Positions 27,108-35,488 of a stretch of 37,087 nt of DNA are shown piece after piece (positions within the stretch are counted from its first letter, which is position 1; each line of letters begins with the position of its first letter). This DNA is from a virus (Duplodnaviria > Caudoviricetes): positions 1 to 37,087 of IMG/VR virus record IMGVR_UViG_3300034411_000443; one strand, 5' to 3'. The notes under the pieces were generated by a model, which made no database searches, had not been told where the DNA came from, and worked only from the letters and a program-made list of their open reading frames with translations. Both the position numbers and the translations under genes were made by a program.

Positions 27108-28121
27108 TTAGTCCGCTAAGAATGCGGCGAGATCGTTGACCGAGAGATTTTTACGCTCCAAAATCTTTTGTTTATTTGCAGTCTGCCTAGAGGCTGAGGT
27201 TTGTACCGGTGGACTTGAATCGCCCATCGATGACGGAGGTGCTTTGGCTACCCTTTTGGCTTTAGGCTTGGCTGTCTTGGCCGCCTGGTCTTGCTTGATT
27301 GCTTCAACTCCTCTTACGAGTGTTGCGGCAACAAAATCACCATTGGGTAGGGATTTTAGAATGTCCGCATACTGACTTTTTATCTGACCTAAAACGGATC
27401 TCCGTTCTTCGGCGATGTCGGTATCGACTGTTTCTGAAATCCACGGGTGAGCATTAATCGTATCCTGTTGCCACTGAGCCGCTGATTGGAGATATTGCGC
27501 CCGTTCGGGTATTTTCTCCGTAAGATAATCTTCTGCTTGGGTGAGAATATTTCTGATATCTTCATCAGCAAATTCTTTCCCATCAGCTTCGACATAATCT
27601 TTCCCAATGTGCTGTAATGCCCATTTTTTGGCGGCAAGAGCTTCCTTCCGAAGAGTTTCCAACGATTGAAAATCTTGGACTTCTTCCAAAGCTGGCTGAC
27701 TGGATTCCGATTGCTTCTGTGGATTTGTCTTTAGTGACTCGATTTGAGCTTGTAATGCTTCAGCTGTTTCTTCGGCTGACTTTGCTCGGGCGGTCAGTTT
27801 ATTGACCTGTTTTAGCAATTTGCCGACAGCTTTGGGCGGTTCAGCTTCTTCCGATTCTGACTCCTCCTCTTCTGCTATCTCTTCCGTTTCCTCCTCCGAT
27901 TCCTCGGTTTCGGTTGACTGTAAAAGAACATCTTCTTGGTCGGTTTCCGTATCTGTGGGCTGAGTCTCGGACTCGGCGGTCACCTCGGATTCCTCTTTCG
28001 CTTCACTCGTATCTACTTTGTCAACGAACGATGCCGTCAACTCTTCGAGAGTCGTGATGCTTTGCGTGTTTGTTTCTGCTCCCGAATCAGCCGGAGCCTC
28101 GCTTAATTCTGTATCTGCCAT
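27108..28121 (-). CDS. capsid scaffolding protein
   Basis: Very acidic N-terminus, coiled coil (QVNKLTARAK.AEE), basic/Pro C-terminus. Located immediately upstream of the capsid gene. Start moved to ATG 28121. Confidence 0.8.
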   Translation of the reverse strand: MADTELSEAPADSGAETNTQSITTLEELTASFVDKVDTSEAKEESEVTAESETQPTDTETDQEDVLLQSTETEESEEETEEIAEEEESESEEAEPPKAVGKLLKQVNKLTARAKSAEETAEALQAQIESLKTNPQKQSESSQPALEEVQDFQSLETLRKEALAAKKWALQHIGKDYVEADGKEFADEDIRNILTQAEDYLTEKIPERAQYLQSAAQWQQDTINAHPWISETVDTDIAEERRSVLGQIKSQYADILKSLPNGDFVAATLVRGVEAIKQDQAAKTAKPKAKRVAKAPPSSMGDSSPPVQTSASRQTANKQKILERKNLSVNDLAAFLAD

Positions 28122-28216
28122 ATTTTCTCTGCGTTTGGAAAGTTCGCACTCTTGCGTTTTCTGCGGACCGATATGGTTCGCCATTTCCAATTATGACAGG
28201 GGGGCGGATAAAATTT

Positions 28217-28639
28217 TCAGGCAGTTTTAAATATTTCCCAATTCTCCCGATATTTTTCGTGCTTGGCTTTGGAATTGGGGTTATGAGGGTACACCGCCAC
28301 CGTTAATGCTCCATCGAGGGCCATGCATGGAATCAGATACCAGGTATTCATGTCTGCACAAAATATGGCCACTATATCGACTTTGGTGCAGTCGAGTGGG
28401 TGCTTTACCACCCGCCCAGTGGAAGTGGAAATTTTATATCGATTCTTATCCGACTCGTTTGACTTTTCAGTCCCTTTAATTTGAACATTAAAATTTTTAC
28501 CCGCCGAATTTACTACGATGCAGTCTACCGGCAAATGATCCCCGAGGGGTATAAAAACTTCTAAGCCATTCTTTAAGGCTTCAGTAAAAAACGTTTGCTC
28601 GTAAATATAGCCTTTACGCTTCGTGTTCTTCGTCATCAT
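28217..28639 (-). CDS. PD-(D/E)XK endonuclease (group I intron-associated type, free-standing)
   Basis: KG..YE..F, P.GD..PVD.IV, VQIK, VDIVAI, WYLIP. Confidence 0.8.
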   Translation of the reverse strand: MMTKNTKRKGYIYEQTFFTEALKNGLEVFIPLGDHLPVDCIVVNSAGKNFNVQIKGTEKSNESDKNRYKISTSTGRVVKHPLDCTKVDIVAIFCADMNTWYLIPCMALDGALTVAVYPHNPNSKAKHEKYRENWEIFKTA

Positions 28640-28811
28640 CGAGGCTTATGTCGCACTCAAACTCGACCACCTCTTCATCCATCCATTCCTCTATATCGGA
28701 AAGAGCGATCTTGGCCATATCATGGTCCTCAATATCCGATTCCTCAAGCCAGCGATTAAGCAAAGCCCGATGCTCGTTTTTAAACTGCTGGTGGGGTGTC
28801 AGTTTCGGCAT
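28614..28811 (-). CDS. hypothetical acidic protein
   Basis: 65-aa ORF overlapping both neighbours. Confidence 0.65.
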   Translation of the reverse strand: MPKLTPHQQFKNEHRALLNRWLEESDIEDHDMAKIALSDIEEWMDEEVVEFECDISLDDDEEHEA

Positions 28812-29004
28812 TTTCTAAGCTTTCTATAATTCTTGTAAGTCCAGCAATTTCACCCGACAGTCGGGCGAGTTTTTGCGGGTTATCGACATGGGTGTAGTCC
28901 TGAAAATCGACCAGGCATAAGTCCCGTTGTTCTTTAATAAAATCCTTTACGACCTTAAACTCGGTTTGGTCTCCAAGTCCGGCGATAGCATCTCCTAGTG
29001 TCAT
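28780..29004 (-). CDS. hypothetical head-module protein
   Basis: 74-aa helical ORF with an ATGA overlap. Confidence 0.7.
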   Translation of the reverse strand: MTLGDAIAGLGDQTEFKVVKDFIKEQRDLCLVDFQDYTHVDNPQKLARLSGEIAGLTRIIESLENAETDTPPAV

Positions 29005-29351
29005 TTTTTCCTTCTTATTGGTTTAACTCTTCTACCCATGCCGACCTTCGATTTCTCCGCCTTCTTCTGTTTCAGTTGGCTTTTGCTCATCTCCGATTTT
29101 AACTTGGGTGTTTTACTCGAAACTCTCTTTGTTGGGCGGCAGTATTCATTCGCCTTACCCTGTCCGCATGGTTTTCCGGTCCGTGTATCTTTCCACTTCT
29201 CAGCACCCCATCTTTTTAATGAAGATCCAGCCGTAGACTTTCGAACTTGTCCCTTGGACTTCCGGCACTTGGCAATCTGTTGCGATGCTCGGGCAGATGG
29301 AAATACCTTTACCCGAGCCTTTACCTTTTTATAGCAAGCGTCCTTTGGCAT
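29001..29351 (-). CDS. highly basic Cys-containing protein
   Basis: KDACYKKVK...PSA.AS...KCRK...LKRW..EKW.D...CG...YCRP. Resembles from memory a family of marine phage basic proteins (DUF5872-like; unverified). Confidence 0.75.
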   Translation of the reverse strand: MPKDACYKKVKARVKVFPSARASQQIAKCRKSKGQVRKSTAGSSLKRWGAEKWKDTRTGKPCGQGKANEYCRPTKRVSSKTPKLKSEMSKSQLKQKKAEKSKVGMGRRVKPIRRKK

Positions 29352-29352
29352 C

Positions 29353-29613
29353 TTACCACTTCTTACAGGACCAATATCCCGCCGTTAGCTTCGATTTTTC
29401 CTCATCGCAACTGTGCCTTGCTCGAAAAGATTTACGGGCAGATGGGTTAGACTTTCTGATCTTCATCTTGGCATCCCCATAGCGAATTGTCTTCTGTTTA
29501 CCACCTTCAGATGCTCGGACCACAAACTTCTTAACCCCATACCCAGCTTCACCCTTTCGGATTCTTCTCGGGCTGTTAACCTTACTTGGCCTTCCGAGTG
29601 CTTTTCTTGGCAT
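29353..29613 (-). CDS. highly basic protein
   Basis: KKFVV...IRYGD..M...ARKSFRARH.C...AGYWSCK.W. Confidence 0.75.
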   Translation of the reverse strand: MPRKALGRPSKVNSPRRIRKGEAGYGVKKFVVRASEGGKQKTIRYGDAKMKIRKSNPSARKSFRARHSCDEEKSKLTAGYWSCKKW

Positions 29614-29707
29614 AGCTTACCTTTTTACCCGATTTCTTAGCGGCGGCTTTAGCTTTAGCCATTCCTTTGGGCGTGTACGAATAATGTTTCTTTCCTACTT
29701 TTGGCAT
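29582..29707 (-). CDS. Lys/Ala-rich 41-aa peptide (MPKVGKKHYSYTPKGMAKAKAAAKKSGKKVSYAKKSTRKAK)
   Basis: Translated by hand; AAAGGA RBS right after the portal stop. Confidence 0.75.
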   Translation of the reverse strand: MPKVGKKHYSYTPKGMAKAKAAAKKSGKKVSYAKKSTRKAK

Positions 29708-29724
29708 AATATATTTCCTTTTAA

Positions 29725-31797
29725 TTAAGCGGCGGCTGAAGTACCCGGCACATTGCCGGGGGCAGTACCTAGCTGGCCAATTAGTGCGTTCCGATTCTGT
29801 GCTTCCATTTGTTCGAGCTGACCGGCATATGTCTGAAGTCTCTTCGCAAAGTTTTCATCCTCTTGCATACGATTTTGAACATCGGTCGCTGGCACTTCGG
29901 GAGTACCTTGCAAGTATTGCTGAAGAACTTGCAGACGAAGCTGGGAATTAACCCCTTGCTGTGGTGCATTAACCACTTGTCCCGAGAATATCTTAGCAAT
30001 ATCGGCAGAAGTTTCCTTAACCTCTTTGTCCGTTGCCTCTTCGGCTGGTGCAATCAATTGGCCGGCAAGATTAGGATCAATAGCCTCAAGAACTTTACGA
30101 AGATAAATGTCATACCGAGCTTGACCTTGTCTGTCGTACTGCGACATTAACTTACCAACTGTATCCAACTTCTGAAGAACCTTTTCCTCATCCTGGTTCA
30201 TGCTGTTCCAAGTGATATTAAAATCGTAAACTTCGGCAGTCTCATCAAGCATGAGTTGAGCACCTTGCTCGTTATTCGTTACCCGAAACCATATCTGTGG
30301 ACCGCCATAAGTCCTGTCTAGACACCATACCCGATTTAAAATCTGTTTGAATCCATTGAGCCATTGGTTGACGAGGTGCTGGCGGATGCTGTTTGCTTCA
30401 ACTGCGTCTAATTCCGAGGTTGGGCGACCTGTGATCTTGTCCGCTATTTGGCGAATCTGCATTTCCACATCCATACTTGCCGGTGAATAGCGAGGGATTT
30501 CCATGAAACCAACTTCTCCCCTTCGGCGAACTGGAATCTGTGCGCCTGGACCAATACGATCAGGTTTGCGGCCTTGCAAATGTTCAACGGGAGGCAATGT
30601 ACTCATTGAGGCACGGTCTCTTCGGGCATCCATTTCAGTCTTAACTGCAATCTGATAAGACTTTAAAAGTTCAGGGTAACCTCGGGAATCGAGTAGTCGG
30701 TGATTGAGGTTCTCTCTTGTGATACAGACGAATGGATATTTGCCCTCATCATATTCCATCGGACTATGAAAACCATGTCCTTCTGCTTCATCCGCCCAGC
30801 AAGTAATCGTGCAAATAGGTACATCGTCTTCATCGAGTTCCTTACGATAAGTTGTAATTACTCGAACCATACCTTCGTAATTCTGTGTGCCGTAAAAGTT
30901 GCCGGAGTCGTAAGACATTAAATCAGTCGAATAACTTTCGTCCGCATAAAAGCCTTTCGAGTTCTCAAGGACTTCTTCGATCCACTTTTTATCCCATCCC
31001 TCACTTACCTTCTGCATTAATGCTTCGGGGCTGTAGTAGTGGATGCAATGGATTGACCTGGCAGATTCTAAATCGATCACATTAGAATCGATGATTATTT
31101 CTCTTCCCAGTTCATAAGCCTTTATTGCTGGACGATTAACAACAGCTTTTTCAGTCGGGACTTTCGATACTCCTTTGCTCCGAAGTTCGCTAATCATCTT
31201 TCTGACTCTTCGCTTTTTCAGATTAGGGAATAACGGAAATAGCATCTCTTCGACTCCCTCCTTCATCTCGGGATCTTGAATAGCCATTGCCAGCTCGGGA
31301 CTCATTTGAGCAATCTCTTCGAGGCTGATATCCTTAAATACCCGAGTAGTTTCCCGCTTCCAGTAAGTGCCGAAAAATGTAATTCCGTTCTGTAATAAAT
31401 AGTTTGCTCCGATGGCGGCTTCCCGTGGAAGTTCCGTCATTGAATTCATCCGCCACTTCAAAAATTCACTCACCATCTTTGCACTGCCAATGTCGCCACT
31501 TTCGACGGGAGCGGCTACGAGGTTAGCCTGTGATAATGATTGAGAAAGTAGGGCTACATCTCCATCAATCAACGGATTAACCAAGTTTGGATCTAAATCA
31601 GATGCCCCATCGAATGGAAATGCCTCCGGTCCATTCTTCTTGCCTGACTCGTCCTTACCAGCCCATTCGTTAAACCTACATTCCCTACCCTGTTCGGCTT
31701 TATCCATCCAAAAGCTCAAGTCTGCTTTCGCATCATCGAACTCCTTTTTGATGGCATCTACATCCGGTCCTTTTTCGCTAAATTCCTGTATTTCCAT
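29725..31797 (-). CDS. portal protein
   Basis: About 690 aa, between terminase and scaffold genes. YPFV, RG.PE.L...Q, PGA.I and a Gln-rich C-terminal barrel as in P22-like portals. Confidence 0.85.
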   Translation of the reverse strand: MEIQEFSEKGPDVDAIKKEFDDAKADLSFWMDKAEQGRECRFNEWAGKDESGKKNGPEAFPFDGASDLDPNLVNPLIDGDVALLSQSLSQANLVAAPVESGDIGSAKMVSEFLKWRMNSMTELPREAAIGANYLLQNGITFFGTYWKRETTRVFKDISLEEIAQMSPELAMAIQDPEMKEGVEEMLFPLFPNLKKRRVRKMISELRSKGVSKVPTEKAVVNRPAIKAYELGREIIIDSNVIDLESARSIHCIHYYSPEALMQKVSEGWDKKWIEEVLENSKGFYADESYSTDLMSYDSGNFYGTQNYEGMVRVITTYRKELDEDDVPICTITCWADEAEGHGFHSPMEYDEGKYPFVCITRENLNHRLLDSRGYPELLKSYQIAVKTEMDARRDRASMSTLPPVEHLQGRKPDRIGPGAQIPVRRRGEVGFMEIPRYSPASMDVEMQIRQIADKITGRPTSELDAVEANSIRQHLVNQWLNGFKQILNRVWCLDRTYGGPQIWFRVTNNEQGAQLMLDETAEVYDFNITWNSMNQDEEKVLQKLDTVGKLMSQYDRQGQARYDIYLRKVLEAIDPNLAGQLIAPAEEATDKEVKETSADIAKIFSGQVVNAPQQGVNSQLRLQVLQQYLQGTPEVPATDVQNRMQEDENFAKRLQTYAGQLEQMEAQNRNALIGQLGTAPGNVPGTSAAA

Positions 31798-32026
31798 TTT
31801 CAACCCCACATTCTAACATTATTAATTTAAGTTTTTTCAGTGCCTCCTTTTCCACCCGATGGACAGTTACGAGTGGCACTCCGATAAATTCGCTAATCTC
31901 CTTCAGCGTGAAATTATTAGGCTCACGCCCAGCCTCAAATGCCGCCAAGCCCTCCTCAACCACCATTTCACGCAACATCAGATCAATCCGCTTGTCCGTC
32001 TGCTCAGGCGATTCGATACAAATCAT
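31778..32026 (-). CDS. sigma-70 region 4-like HTH protein
   Basis: FTLKEISEFIGVPLVTVHRVEKEALKKLK. Start moved to ATG 32026. Confidence 0.7.
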   Translation of the reverse strand: MICIESPEQTDKRIDLMLREMVVEEGLAAFEAGREPNNFTLKEISEFIGVPLVTVHRVEKEALKKLKLIMLECGVENGNTGI

Positions 32027-32360
32027 CTTCCCCTTCAATCTTTTTGACATAGACTTCCGATTTTGGAGGGTGATTGGCTTCCGGTCTCTTGACACATCGA
32101 GCAATCCCTTCCCGATCATCGAAATGGATGAGCATAAGGCGGGGATTGGGGACGAGTTTGAGTACCCTCGCCTTTTCAATCTGTTTTGCCGGTGGAGCGG
32201 GTAAAGCCACTTCCCCATCCGAATCCTCTACCCATATCCCCCGACAGGTAGAACGAGGGATGTCCAACTGCTTACTGATCTTTGGCCAACTTAATCCAGT
32301 CTTTCGCAGAATCACCACCTGGTCCCTCTGCATTTTAGTCCATTTTTTTACTTTTCCCAT
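32004..32360 (-). CDS. HTH-domain protein
   Basis: VVILRKTGLSWPKISKQLDIPRSTCRGIW, followed by a small beta domain. Confidence 0.7.
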   Translation of the reverse strand: MGKVKKWTKMQRDQVVILRKTGLSWPKISKQLDIPRSTCRGIWVEDSDGEVALPAPPAKQIEKARVLKLVPNPRLMLIHFDDREGIARCVKRPEANHPPKSEVYVKKIEGEDDLYRIA

Positions 32361-32362
32361 AA

Positions 32363-33997
32363 TTAATATCCCCCTCCGCCTGTTGATACCATTTCCTCCT
32401 CACTGAAATACTCGAAGTTCCCGATGCAAAAATATCTACAGACATCAACAAAATCTTTTGGGGCGGCCTTTAAATCACCAGGTACATAAGCTTGCAGACA
32501 ACTTATTAGATTTTGGCATTCATCCGAAAACATCAATTTGGGCTTATTATCCAAATCCATCTCTTTTTCCCGATCCCATGCGAGTAAATTGTTTATTGCC
32601 TGTAATCCTGTCTCGATATCGAGGGCTTCTGCCGGTTGAACGATGATATCTTCATCAGCTAAATCATCGATTATGTTGGAAGATCCTTCCGCCTTCTGAT
32701 AGCTCGCCGCTCCTAAACGGGGGTCGATTATGCGGATGACCTCACTATCCCCGCAAATCTTCTCCATTCGTCTGATCTCATCGGCATAATCCCGTAAGCC
32801 GTACCCGTTCGGTTGGGCAGCCTCGCCAGCGGATAATTTGTCCTTCGTTAAGTCAATCCATCCACCCCAGGTATCGAAGTCAGGAAATTCCTTTACCGCC
32901 CAGGCTACCCCGTGAGGATCGATGGCAAATAGGACCATTGTCCAAGGCTTCGCTCCCGCCGGATCAATCGATAATACCCAATTGGCATCCGTAAAATCAG
33001 GGAGTTTTTCCGATTGGACGAAGTTTTTATCGGTTAAATTGGGAAAGATTGCCCGACTTTGACGCACAGGGACTCCATACGCACGGCAAAGGATAGTTTC
33101 CCGCTTCTCCCCTTCTAATTGATTCTTCATCGCCGCCCAGCCTCCAAAGGGATTCGCCGCTGTGTGGAAATAAACCACTGAACTGGCTTTGCGGATGGGC
33201 TGTTGAACGAGGGGGACTTCTTCGCCGTTTAATAGGTCCGCCTTCGTTGATTCGACTGTTCTTGCTCCTGTTAGCATACTCTTAACGACCGAGTTCCATC
33301 CGTCTACTGCAGTGAAGGAAATTAAGCCACTTGCCGGGCGAACTACTCCATCATGTGGACTTTCATGCGACCTTGTCACACATCTAAATCTGAGCGTATT
33401 CACCCAAGACATTGGCACAAGCTCGTCAGCCCAAAATCCAATGTTGTGGGTGCCGGTTGCCGGTGGAGACGGACATCCGATTTCTCCACCTTCGATTGTG
33501 CTGATGTCCTGGCTCCAATTTCTAAAGATACACTCGGATCGATTAGGCAAAGTAAACTTTGAGGCCGTAAATCCATTACGAAGTGAATACATGACATATC
33601 CAACCTTACCTCTGCCTAACGATTTTAACTCTTTTGGGAGGTATTTAAATACGAGTTTCTGCTGAAATTGGATCGAATTTGCCGATGTTTCTGTTAAGCA
33701 CCAAATAATTGTGCCGGGATTTTCGACTAAAGTCTGAACCACTCTCTTCGCACAAAGCTCGGACTTTCCAGCCCTATTCCCTCCCATAAGCAGAATTTCC
33801 GAGTGAGTCTTTAGTTCCTTATCCGCTAATTTCCAAGTATCCAGTTCAAAGCCAAATCTATAAGGATCATCCTTTTCGAGCTTGATCGCTTCCTCCCTTT
33901 TCTCCCAATATGCGAGGATTGACTCGGGAGTCATGGACAGCATCTCTGATTTTGTCAGAGGCGGTAAGGCGGGGTGCGGTGTCCAAGTAAGTGGCAT
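32363..33997 (-). CDS. terL: terminase large subunit
   Basis: Walker A GGNRAGKS, Walker B FWADE, nuclease SIDP ... KDFVDVCRY. Start placed at ATG 33997. Confidence 0.92.
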   Translation of the reverse strand: MPLTWTPHPALPPLTKSEMLSMTPESILAYWEKREEAIKLEKDDPYRFGFELDTWKLADKELKTHSEILLMGGNRAGKSELCAKRVVQTLVENPGTIIWCLTETSANSIQFQQKLVFKYLPKELKSLGRGKVGYVMYSLRNGFTASKFTLPNRSECIFRNWSQDISTIEGGEIGCPSPPATGTHNIGFWADELVPMSWVNTLRFRCVTRSHESPHDGVVRPASGLISFTAVDGWNSVVKSMLTGARTVESTKADLLNGEEVPLVQQPIRKASSVVYFHTAANPFGGWAAMKNQLEGEKRETILCRAYGVPVRQSRAIFPNLTDKNFVQSEKLPDFTDANWVLSIDPAGAKPWTMVLFAIDPHGVAWAVKEFPDFDTWGGWIDLTKDKLSAGEAAQPNGYGLRDYADEIRRMEKICGDSEVIRIIDPRLGAASYQKAEGSSNIIDDLADEDIIVQPAEALDIETGLQAINNLLAWDREKEMDLDNKPKLMFSDECQNLISCLQAYVPGDLKAAPKDFVDVCRYFCIGNFEYFSEEEMVSTGGGGY

Positions 33998-34336
33998 TAG
34001 TCCGAGTGTACCATTTTTCAAGGCTGGTGGTACGCAATTGATGGAAATTAGTGAAATTTTGTTCGGACATACTGATTACCAAGCACTTACGAGGAGTGGA
34101 TTATCGATATCGATTAATCGTACCTTGCGTAAATGCGTTCGGGAGAAAAAAGCTTCGGAGGCGGGCAATTGGTGGAAATTTTTTTATGGGACACAATCGG
34201 TCTCGGTGATCGGCGGGCCGCCAAATCCGACCCCCCTCCCCCCCTGTTGGGGTTAACCGATTAAATTACACAACTTGCACGATCCTAGCCGTTTTGCGTA
34301 AGTAGTTGATTTACAAGGTACTTAATATTTAAACTA

Positions 34337-34364
34337 ATTTCGTAGAATAATGATTATGTCTAAT
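34337..34364 (+). other. dif-like XerC/XerD recombination site
   Basis: ATTTCGTAGAA-TAATGA-TTATGTCTAAT has the 11-6-11 layout. The right arm matches 9/11 of the E. coli XerD arm TTATGTTAAAT. Confidence 0.7.
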
Positions 34365-34403
34365 TGTACTTGCCAAATCCCTTATTGATAATTCATTATC
34401 AAT
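34364..34403 (+). promoter_or_regulatory. promoter TTGTAC-N17-GATAAT with overlapping perfect palindrome
   Basis: -35 at 34364-34369 and -10 at 34387-34392. ATTGATAAT-tc-ATTATCAAT at 34384-34403. Confidence 0.55.
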
Positions 34404-34420
34404 TGCTTGCACCGATAGAA

Positions 34421-34936
34421 ATGCCTACCGAAAAAAAGAGGATAACGATTGAAGCTGATAACCTTCCGGCTAACCTGACAGTCGAGGAGACTTGTCCATC
34501 AGTCTACACCGCTCAAGGTTTATTCGACAAGAGACCAGGAGACTATGCCAAGCTGGTTCAAATGCTTACCGATGGAATACCGGTCACTCGGATCAAGAAG
34601 GAACTGAAGGTATCCCACAATACTATCGCTGTGGTTCGGTCTCGAGAGAAAGAGGTAATCGAAGCCTCGAAGAAAGTAATGAGAGGATTGATCGGCCATG
34701 CTTCACAGCTTGCAGTCGAAAAGATGATCGAGAAGCTGGACAACGATGAAATACCAAACGGAGTCCTACCCATCGCTACCGGCATTCTAATCGACAAGCA
34801 TCGCCAGTATGAAGGTGAACCGACTCAGACTATCGAAGTGAAGAAATCTTTATCCCTGGATGAGATCCGAGCCGAGTTGGCGAATCTGAAAGATGAGAAA
34901 GTGGTTGAAGCTGAGATTACTGATGTGGAATCGTAA
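34421..34936 (+). CDS. HTH protein, candidate terminase small subunit
   Basis: HTH (GIPVTRIKKELKVSHNTIAVV), helical middle, ATGILIDK...GEPT motif seen in TerS-like proteins. Adjacent to terL. Confidence 0.55.
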   Translation: MPTEKKRITIEADNLPANLTVEETCPSVYTAQGLFDKRPGDYAKLVQMLTDGIPVTRIKKELKVSHNTIAVVRSREKEVIEASKKVMRGLIGHASQLAVEKMIEKLDNDEIPNGVLPIATGILIDKHRQYEGEPTQTIEVKKSLSLDEIRAELANLKDEKVVEAEITDVES

Positions 34937-34969
34937 TTTTTTTCGTCCCCTAGCTCGTTAATTATTAGC

Positions 34970-35041
34970 CACTTACAACATTATTAAAAATAAATGTAAA
35001 ATATATCTTGCTTTTATGTATAGATAAGCTAGATTGAGGGT
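34970..35041 (+). promoter_or_regulatory. 72-bp promoter repeat, copy 1
   Basis: AT-rich UP-like tract, then TTGCTT-N16-TAGATT. 70/72 identical to 35942-36013. Confidence 0.8.
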
Positions 35042-35081
35042 CTACAGTTTAACTTTAACCCAACAAAAAGAGACCAACCAC

Positions 35082-35285
35082 ATGAACGATACAAAAAAAC
35101 AATTCATCTACAAAGGTTACACCTTCAACTATCACCTTGAGAGCGATCCATCCTTCACATGGACAATCGTTACTCTTAACAACAACTCTGTTTATCACGG
35201 AAAGAATTTTGAAATAGTAGGCGATGGTCTTGCTGAAGCGAAGTGGTTAGCTACTCGAAAACTTAACGAAATTATTTCCAACTAA
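35082..35285 (+). CDS. small early-type protein (67 aa)
   Basis: AAAAGAGACCAACCAC-ATG leader after promoter copy 1. Confidence 0.75.
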   Translation: MNDTKKQFIYKGYTFNYHLESDPSFTWTIVTLNNNSVYHGKNFEIVGDGLAEAKWLATRKLNEIISN

Positions 35286-35299
35286 AGGAGACTGACCAC

Positions 35300-35476
35300 A
35301 TGAACATTTACGATCAATTCACATACAATAATAAACACAAGTGCGGAGAGAGAGGGCTTTATATTGATGGGAAATTTATATTGTCATCAAAATCCTCCAC
35401 CAATGCTCTTTGGTTGTTCGCAATAGAAAACGGTGCAAAGCCAGATTTAGTAAGGATAGAGTTTCGATCAGCATAA
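35300..35476 (+). CDS. small early-type protein (58 aa, MNIYDQFTY...)
   Basis: Translated by hand; AAAGGAGACTGACCAC-ATG leader. Confidence 0.75.
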   Translation: MNIYDQFTYNNKHKCGERGLYIDGKFILSSKSSTNALWLFAIENGAKPDLVRIEFRSA

Positions 35477-35488
35477 GGAGACCAAAAC

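Noticed and set aside
33867-34256. Short ORFs in the terL upstream region
   Set aside because: They overlap terL or the motif-rich spacer and have no coding signature.
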